Source of the DNA: Candidatus Kaiserbacteria bacterium
Lineage (GTDB): Bacteria; Patescibacteriota; Minisyncoccia; Phycocordibacterales; SBAW01
Length of the DNA stretch: 36,328 nt
NCBI GenBank assembly: GCA_009691465.1
Contig: SICK01000003.1
Location: forward strand, 1 to 36,328
Direction of reading: 5' to 3'
The notes below the pieces were generated by a model. That model ran no database searches and was not told the DNA's origin. It saw nothing but the letters and a program-made list of their open reading frames with translations. Every line of letters begins with the position of its first letter. Positions within the stretch are counted from its first letter, which is position 1. A program made the position numbers and the translations under genes. Positions 30,695-36,328 of the stretch are shown piece by piece.

Positions 30695-30703
30695 TGTGGA
30701 TAA
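30695..30703. promoter_or_regulatory. perfect DnaA-box consensus
   Basis: TGTGGATAA is the reverse complement of TTATCCACA. Two 7/9 relatives lie nearby: CGTGGATAG at ~30710-30718 and CTATCCACT at ~30803-30811. Confidence 0.4.
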
Positions 30704-30710
30704 GAATTCC

Positions 30711-30810
30711 GTGGATAGCTTGCTCCGGAGGGTACTGCTTTTTTCTTGCTAGAAAAAGCCTGAGCCTCGGCCCGTCGGCCTCCGGGACCCCCTCCGGAGC
30801 AACTATCCAC
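30711..30810. repeat. long imperfect inverted repeat (21/22-nt arms, ~57-nt spacer)
   Basis: GTGGATAGCTTGCTCCGGAGGG (30711-30732) pairs with CCCTCCGGAGCAACTATCCAC (30790-30810) with one bulged nt. The spacer holds an internal GCTTTTT...AAAAAGC hairpin. Confidence 0.85.
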
Positions 30811-30834
30811 TACGCGTGAGTACGTCTAGACGAG

Positions 30835-32790
30835 ATGACTATATTTTGCAACGTATCTGTGCTACGCTACCCCTACGTGAAAGGCAGAAGCCCCCAGGCA
30901 AAAAAACTCATATCCGGCATCGTAGAAGTAACCCGCAAAGGCACGGGGTATATGGCGTGGCCGGATGATACGACCAAAGAGGATATCGAGATATTCCCGG
31001 AGAAACTCAATGGCGCCCTCAACGGTGACCAGGTCGAAGTAGAGCTTTTGTCGGTGCACCCCCGGCCGCGTGGCCGAGTCAAAAAGGTGGTCGCGCGGGC
31101 CAAAACCGAATTTGTTTGCACGGTCAAAGGCGGGATGGTGCTCCCCGACGATGCACGATTTAACTCCCCTATACAAGTCGGTGTCTTGCCGGCCGAGGGC
31201 ACTAAGGTGTTGGTCGAACTGTTGAGCTTTGACGGCACAACGGCCAAAGGAAAAATCCTCGAGACACTCGGCAAAGCCGGCGAGCACCGCGTCGAGATGA
31301 ACGCCATCGTGATGGAACACGGCTTCCGCACCTCCTTCCCCCCCGAGGTAGAAGTCGAGGCAAAACATATAGAGGAGAACCACGCATCCATCATTGCCGA
31401 GGAGATCCCAAAACGCGCCGACCTGCGCCACCTCACCACGATGACCATCGACCCGGTGTCTGCAAAAGACTTCGACGACGCACTTTCGATACACACGCTC
31501 CCCGACGGCACCTTTGAGGTCGGGGTACATATTGCCGACGCCACCTTTTTTTGCCGCCCGGGGACCGCGATAGACAACGAGGCGATAAAGCGCGGCACCA
31601 GCGTCTACCTGGTCGACGCTACTATCCCGATGCTCCCCCACGCGCTTTCGGGCAATGTGTGCTCGCTTGTACCCAACGAAGACCGGTTGGCCTTTTCGGC
31701 ACTCTTTACGATGAACGCTGCCGGAGTGGTGTTGGAGCGCACCTTCACCAAGTCGGTCATCAACTCCAACAAACGTTTTAGTTACGAAGAGGCACAGCAG
31801 GTGCTCGACACACAGAACGGCCCCTACCTACACGAGCTCAACGATATGCTTTCGCTCGCTACCGCGATGCGCAAACGACGGACCGACGAGGGCGCGGTGG
31901 ACTTTGGCGACAACGAAGTGGAGTTTGAGCTCGACCCGCAGGGCAAGCCGCTGCGGGTCACGCGCAAAGAGCGCATCGACACCAACTGGCTCATCGAAGA
32001 GTTTATGCTCTTGTGCAACCGCGAGGTGTCAGAATATGTATCCAAGCTCGCCGAAAAAGTCCCCGAAGCGGGGATGGTGTTCCTCTATCGCATCCACGAC
32101 GAACCAAAGGCGGACAGGATAGAGGAGCTCGGCACCTTTGTACGCGCCATCGGATACGAGTTCAATAAAAAGAAGGGCAAGTATTCGGCCAAAGATATCC
32201 AAGGCTTGCTAAAACAAATCGAAGGCAAGCCCGAAGCCGCGCTCATCCGCACCGCTACCCTGCGCTCGATGGCCAAGGCCGTCTACTCGACCAAAAACAT
32301 CGGGCACTTCGGATTGTCGTTTAAGTACTACACGCAGTTTACCTCCCCTATCCGGCGCTACCCGGACATGCTTGCGCACCGCATCCTCGAAAGCCACCTC
32401 AACGGCAAGCCCATTACGAGGCGCGAGTATATCGACCTCGAAAAACGCTGCCTCTTGGCGAGCGAGCAGGAGGCCAAAGCAACCACCGCCGACCGCGAGT
32501 CTATCAAGTACAAGCTGGTCGAATATATGCTCGACAAAATCGGCCAGACCTTCGAAGGGATCATTAGTGGCGTCACCGAGTGGGGGCTCTATGTCGAGGA
32601 CAAAGCATCTTCGGCCGAAGGCTTGGTGCGGGTACGAACTATTGGAGATGATTTTTACAACTACTCGGCCAAAGAGTACGCACTCATCGGCCAGCGCTCG
32701 CAAAAAAAATATGCGCTCGGAGACTCTGTGCGTGTAAAGCTGGTAGCAGCCGACCTTGCCACCCGTCAACTGGACTTCGAGTTGGCTTAG
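30835..32790 (+). CDS. rnr: ribonuclease R (RNase II/R family)
   Basis: N-terminal CSD-like domain, RNB domain (TIDPVSAKDFDDALS, HIADA, YLVD..IPMLP, GHFGL...YTQFTSPIRRYPD) and a C-terminal S1 domain. The exact start is uncertain. Confidence 0.9.
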   Translation: MTIFCNVSVLRYPYVKGRSPQAKKLISGIVEVTRKGTGYMAWPDDTTKEDIEIFPEKLNGALNGDQVEVELLSVHPRPRGRVKKVVARAKTEFVCTVKGGMVLPDDARFNSPIQVGVLPAEGTKVLVELLSFDGTTAKGKILETLGKAGEHRVEMNAIVMEHGFRTSFPPEVEVEAKHIEENHASIIAEEIPKRADLRHLTTMTIDPVSAKDFDDALSIHTLPDGTFEVGVHIADATFFCRPGTAIDNEAIKRGTSVYLVDATIPMLPHALSGNVCSLVPNEDRLAFSALFTMNAAGVVLERTFTKSVINSNKRFSYEEAQQVLDTQNGPYLHELNDMLSLATAMRKRRTDEGAVDFGDNEVEFELDPQGKPLRVTRKERIDTNWLIEEFMLLCNREVSEYVSKLAEKVPEAGMVFLYRIHDEPKADRIEELGTFVRAIGYEFNKKKGKYSAKDIQGLLKQIEGKPEAALIRTATLRSMAKAVYSTKNIGHFGLSFKYYTQFTSPIRRYPDMLAHRILESHLNGKPITRREYIDLEKRCLLASEQEAKATTADRESIKYKLVEYMLDKIGQTFEGIISGVTEWGLYVEDKASSAEGLVRVRTIGDDFYNYSAKEYALIGQRSQKKYALGDSVRVKLVAADLATRQLDFELA

Positions 32791-32808
32791 GCCCCACAAA
32801 AATCCCCA

Positions 32809-34956
32809 CTACTTAGCCACGGCGAGCGCCTCTTCAAATTTGACCGAGAGGAGCTTTGAGGCGCCGTCGCTGCCCATGGTGATGCCGTAGAGCACACCGG
32901 CGCGCGACATCGTCTCGCGGTTATGGGTGATCAAAATAAGTTGCGATTTTTTGGACAGGTTTTCTATCATGTCACCGTAGCGCCGGCTGTTGGCCTCGTC
33001 GAGTGCGGCATCGGTTTCATCGAGGATGAGGAACGGCGGCGGGTTGACCTGCGACATCGCAAAAATAAGAGCAATAGAGGTGAGCGCGCGCTCGCCGCCC
33101 GAGAGCATGTGCAAACCTTTGATACGTTTGTGCGGGAGAGTGACGGTGATCTCGATCCCTTCTTCTACCTCGAACTCTTCGTCCTCTCCTTCCCCCTCCG
33201 CCAAGGCTTCGGAGGGACGGCGTATTTTCTGCTCCTTGATAAGCGCGAGTGATGCCGAGCCGCCTCCGAACATCAGCGTAAAGTATCCGTCGAACTCTTT
33301 ATTGATAAGACCGATGCCTTCCTCGAAACGCGTCTCAAGCGTCTCGGTCAAGTCCTCGATGAGCTTGCGCAGCGACCCGGCACTCTGCTCGAGGTCGTGG
33401 AGCTCACGCTCGAGAAACGCGTCCCGCTCGGCGGTCTCGCTGTGCTCTTTCAAAATCTCACTGCTGTTGCCCAACCCAGCCTCCTCGAGCCGGATTTTGA
33501 GACGCAAAAGTGCCCTGCGGCGGTCCTCCTGCGCACTGCGGGGCTCATCCTCAAATACCACGTCCTGCCCGTACTCCGGTACGCGCCCCAGCAGAGCGCT
33601 GACCTCGCGCAGCTCTTCTTTAAACTGAAGCTCCTCGCGCCCCAGCAGCTCCTCGCGGGAACGCAAGGCCGCAAGAGCGGCCTCAAGCTCGCTTCGGCGA
33701 CTCATCGCGGCAAACAGCTCGCGCTCGGCATCCCGGCTTGCGTCCTTCTCGCTCTCGATTTTTTGGCGCAGGGCCGCCACAGCGTTTACTATCGCCTCTT
33801 CGGCAGACTCTACCACTTTCAGTTCGGCTTCCAGAGAGCGCTTCTGCTCCTCAAGTACTCCTTTGTCGCTGTGTGCGGAGCGTGCCGTTATTTTTTGTAA
33901 AAAGGTCCGTGCAAGCGCCACAAGGTCGCTCCAGTGCGCACCCTCGGCTAGCTGCAAAATACGCTCTCCAAAGTCGCGCGCCTCCCGCACCGGCACCGTA
34001 CCCCCCTCTTCGCCGGCAATCTTTGCATGCGCACGCAGCTCGCCTTCGACACCCCCCAACTCGCGCAGAACACTCTCGCGCCGGCGTGCGGCGTCGCGGC
34101 CGCGCTTCTCCAACTCAATCAACTCATCGGTCCCCGCATCGTGCTTGCGCCCCAAGTCGGCCCGCAGATGCGTGATACGTTTGTCCAACTCGCGCCGCTC
34201 CTGCTGCGGTCCCTGCTGCTCGGAGAGCTCGGCACGTGTCAGTTGCAGGTGCAGATGTTCGCGGCCGAGGTACTCGGTATATTTCTCCCCTATCTCGTTG
34301 CGCAGCTTTTGGGCATCCTCTATCTTTTTGACCTGACTGCTTAAAAATTTTAAATGCGGAGCAAGCTCGCGGCGCAGTGCCCCTACCTCGCGCATGTTCT
34401 CGCCCGTCTTCTCCAACTTGCGTTCGGCCTCCTCGCGCTTATACAAAAACCCGGTGAGCCCCAGCGCATCCTCCACCATCTCTCTCCGTTCGCGCGCCGA
34501 GGAGGAAAGTATCCGGTCGGCCTCGCCCTGCGAGATGATGTGGTGGCCCGAGGAACCGATGTTGGCCTGGCTTAACAGCGCCTGCACGTCGCGCAGACGG
34601 ACCAGCGAGCCGTTGAGCAGGTAGTCGTTGCTCCCGCTGCGGTGCACTACGCGCTCGATGGATACTTGGTCAAAGTCGAGATTGAGCGCGCGGTCTCCGT
34701 TGTCAAAAACGAGTTTGACCCCGGCGCGGCCGCCCCGTGGTGAGGAACTCGAACCGTTCCATATCAGGTCCTCGCCGCGCTTGCCGCGCATACTCTTGAT
34801 AGACTGCTCACCGAGCACAAAGCGAAAGGACTCCGCCACGTTACTTTTGCCCGAGCCGTTGGGGCCAACGATGGCGGTGATTGAGGAGCCGAACTCCAAA
34901 GGAGTCTTTTTGGCAAAAGACTTAAACCCGGTCAGTTCTATCGAGCGCAAACGCAT
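32809..34956 (-). CDS. smc: SMC-family ATPase, short form (715 aa) without a recognisable hinge
   Basis: N-terminal head MRLRSIELTGFKSFA...IVGPNGSGKSNVAESFRFVLGEQS. C-terminal head LSGGERALTSIALIFAM...FLILDETDAALDEAN...ITHN. Only ~400 aa of coiled-coil-like sequence lies between them. Confidence 0.85.
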   Translation of the reverse strand: MRLRSIELTGFKSFAKKTPLEFGSSITAIVGPNGSGKSNVAESFRFVLGEQSIKSMRGKRGEDLIWNGSSSSPRGGRAGVKLVFDNGDRALNLDFDQVSIERVVHRSGSNDYLLNGSLVRLRDVQALLSQANIGSSGHHIISQGEADRILSSSARERREMVEDALGLTGFLYKREEAERKLEKTGENMREVGALRRELAPHLKFLSSQVKKIEDAQKLRNEIGEKYTEYLGREHLHLQLTRAELSEQQGPQQERRELDKRITHLRADLGRKHDAGTDELIELEKRGRDAARRRESVLRELGGVEGELRAHAKIAGEEGGTVPVREARDFGERILQLAEGAHWSDLVALARTFLQKITARSAHSDKGVLEEQKRSLEAELKVVESAEEAIVNAVAALRQKIESEKDASRDAERELFAAMSRRSELEAALAALRSREELLGREELQFKEELREVSALLGRVPEYGQDVVFEDEPRSAQEDRRRALLRLKIRLEEAGLGNSSEILKEHSETAERDAFLERELHDLEQSAGSLRKLIEDLTETLETRFEEGIGLINKEFDGYFTLMFGGGSASLALIKEQKIRRPSEALAEGEGEDEEFEVEEGIEITVTLPHKRIKGLHMLSGGERALTSIALIFAMSQVNPPPFLILDETDAALDEANSRRYGDMIENLSKKSQLILITHNRETMSRAGVLYGITMGSDGASKLLSVKFEEALAVAK

Positions 34957-34971
34957 GTGGCTTTTATTCTA

Positions 34972-35008
34972 ACAAAGAAAAAGGCCCCGCGTATTGGTGC
35001 GGGGCCTT
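34972..35008 (-). terminator. intrinsic terminator after the NUDIX gene
   Basis: The minus strand reads AAGGCCCCGC-accaatac-GCGGGGCCTT followed by TTTCTTTGTT. Confidence 0.75.
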
Positions 35009-35020
35009 CGAACCTTGCCT

Positions 35021-35530
35021 CTAAACCTCCGTCATCGAACACCGGGGGATGGAGCGGATCAGCTCGGCGTGCTGCCGGAGCAAATCGGGGAGTGTGTGGA
35101 GCGAGTTGAGACTGAACACTTGGGTGTTGATTTCCTCGCTCTCGTCGATTTTGTGATATTTCCCCGAGAGTCCTTTGATAACCTCATCGGTCGTCAGAAT
35201 CCCGAAGAAATGCCGCCAGTGCGGGTAACGGCTCTTTATCCATTCCCGCCCGCCGAACTCGACCACCCGCTTGATACGCGGGTCGATGACCTTTTTCACT
35301 TTGCCGTCGGGACCGTACTCGACCGCGATGTCTTTAAAGCCGGCTTCCTCGCGGATGCCGCCGATAACGGCATTGAGCAGGGATTCACCCGGTTCAACCG
35401 TCTCGGACACCAACTTCCAGTAAATAGGCAACGGTTTTGTCGTTTCGCGGATGAGCAGGATTTCCGTCTGACCCACGACCGCAACGACGACCACCGAGCC
35501 GCCTTCGAAGTGTTTGCTGGTTTCAACCAT
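35021..35530 (-). CDS. NUDIX hydrolase
   Basis: Nudix box GESLLNAVIGGIREEAGF (Gx5Ex7REUxEExGU), SD AGGAGG 6 nt upstream of the ATG, and its own terminator. Confidence 0.8.
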   Translation of the reverse strand: MVETSKHFEGGSVVVVAVVGQTEILLIRETTKPLPIYWKLVSETVEPGESLLNAVIGGIREEAGFKDIAVEYGPDGKVKKVIDPRIKRVVEFGGREWIKSRYPHWRHFFGILTTDEVIKGLSGKYHKIDESEEINTQVFSLNSLHTLPDLLRQHAELIRSIPRCSMTEV

Positions 35531-35596
35531 GACGCGCCTCCTATGCGCGGGTTATATCATTGCAAGATGAAGCTCCGACCGGAACTTCTGCCATGT

Positions 35597-35625
35597 ACTA
35601 TATCACACCTTTAAATAAAAAGCAA
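35597..35625 (-). promoter_or_regulatory. candidate extended -10 promoter for the NUDIX gene
   Basis: Minus strand TTGCTT (35625-35620), 17-nt spacer, TGa-TATAGT (35602-35597). Confidence 0.45.
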
Positions 35626-35634
35626 ATCCCCTGA

Positions 35635-36328
35635 TTACCAGCCCTTTTTGTCGAGCGCGGCGCGGGCGGCCGACTGCTCGGCCTCCTGCTTGCTCTTGCC
35701 GTCGCCTTCTGCGATGAGACTGTCCTTTATATATACGCCGACGACAAAGTGCTTGTCGTGGTCGGGGCCCTGCTCGCGCAGTACGCTGTAGTGCGGCGTC
35801 ACCCCGTCGCGTTCCTGCGCTTTTTCCTGCAGAGCGGACTTGGCGTCCTGCCAGAGCTTCTTTTTTATTATGTCGTCCAATTTTGGAAAGAGCTTTGCGT
35901 TGATAAACGCCGCGGCGGCGTCATAGCCCAAGTCGAGATAGATAGCCCCCACCAGCGCCTCGAATGCATTGGCAAGGAGGATGTTGCGCGCGCGACCGGT
36001 GTCTTTGGCCTCGCCGCGAGACAGTAGGAGAAAGTCGTTCATCCCTATGTCTGTCGCGACCTCGGCGCACGTAACCGCGTTGACCAGCGCCGCACGGTAG
36101 GCGGTCAGGTCGCCTTCATCCTCTTGAGGAAACTTTTCGTACAAAAAGTGCGTCGCAATAAGCTCGAGTACTGCGTCACCCAGGAACTCGAGCCGCTCGT
36201 TGTGGCCTACCGCTTCCCCGCGGTGCTCGTTGAGGTAGGAGCGGTGGGTAAAGGCCTGCCGCAGGAGGTTAAGGTCGTTGAACTCGACGCCGATAGCCGC
36301 CTGGAATGTCTGAAAATCTTTTGGCACG
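35635..36328 (-). CDS. rnc: ribonuclease III; the start is at or beyond the window edge
   Basis: FTHRSY, signature NERLEFLGDAVL, NAFEALVGAIYLD and a C-terminal dsRBD (PHYSVLREQGPDHDKHFVVGVYI...GDGKSKQEAEQSAA). The track start is a GTG 1 nt from the window end. Confidence 0.9.
   Translation of the reverse strand, partial: VPKDFQTFQAAIGVEFNDLNLLRQAFTHRSYLNEHRGEAVGHNERLEFLGDAVLELIATHFLYEKFPQEDEGDLTAYRAALVNAVTCAEVATDIGMNDFLLLSRGEAKDTGRARNILLANAFEALVGAIYLDLGYDAAAAFINAKLFPKLDDIIKKKLWQDAKSALQEKAQERDGVTPHYSVLREQGPDHDKHFVVGVYIKDSLIAEGDGKSKQEAEQSAARAALDKKGW

Noticed and set aside
30711-30810. Inverted repeat interpreted as a MITE, tRNA, SRP RNA or 6S RNA.
   Set aside because: There is no target-site duplication at the arm ends, no tRNA T-loop or anticodon-arm geometry, and no SRP domain IV motif. 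A 6S assignment cannot be made from sequence alone. It is kept only as an unclassified structured or regulatory element.
34994-35614. 206-aa plus-strand ORF overlapping the NUDIX gene.
   Set aside because: The minus-strand frame carries a canonical Nudix box, an AGGAGG SD, a promoter-like element and a terminator. The plus-strand ORF has none of these.

Overview
GC-rich bacterial chromosomal segment. It may come from a small-genome uncultivated lineage such as CPR/Patescibacteria, but that is inference only. Most of it is housekeeping genes. These are a Chlamydia-type (class Ic-like) ribonucleotide reductase (nrdA and nrdB separated by an antisense cupin gene), truB, hisS translationally coupled to a DEDDy exonuclease, and a DsbA-like oxidoreductase. 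They continue with a PD-(D/E)XK nuclease, dnaG-rpoD, one continuous 2,289-codon rpoB-rpoC fusion ORF, trmD, a deoxyribosyltransferase-like protein, a KH protein and rpsP. The right end carries RNase R, a short hinge-less SMC, a NUDIX hydrolase and RNase III (cut by the window edge). No rRNA, tRNA, CRISPR array, transposase or integrase was recognised. Four regions deserve a second look. (1) 19.1-20.9 kb, between rpoBC and trmD, holds a near-consensus promoter, a structured ~140-nt RNA and an intrinsic terminator upstream of rpoBC. Next to it is a three-gene island of small ORFs with their own SD sites and terminators. An exact 24-nt palindrome in the island recurs inside trmD. (2) 23.0-30.6 kb is a tightly packed minus-strand operon. 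It encodes a ~1,780-aa tail-fibre-like surface protein with an HTH-like cytoplasmic N-terminus, a glycine-rich fibre-like protein, a minimal signal peptidase I and a Pro-rich secreted protein. This is my best candidate for an undescribed surface-fibre or attachment module. (3) The 30.6-30.8 kb divergent intergenic region has a perfect DnaA box and a 21/22-nt inverted repeat. (4) The rpoBC fusion and the 715-aa SMC are architectural oddities. Small-feature coordinates were hand-derived by anchoring on the ORF track and may be off by 1-2 nt.
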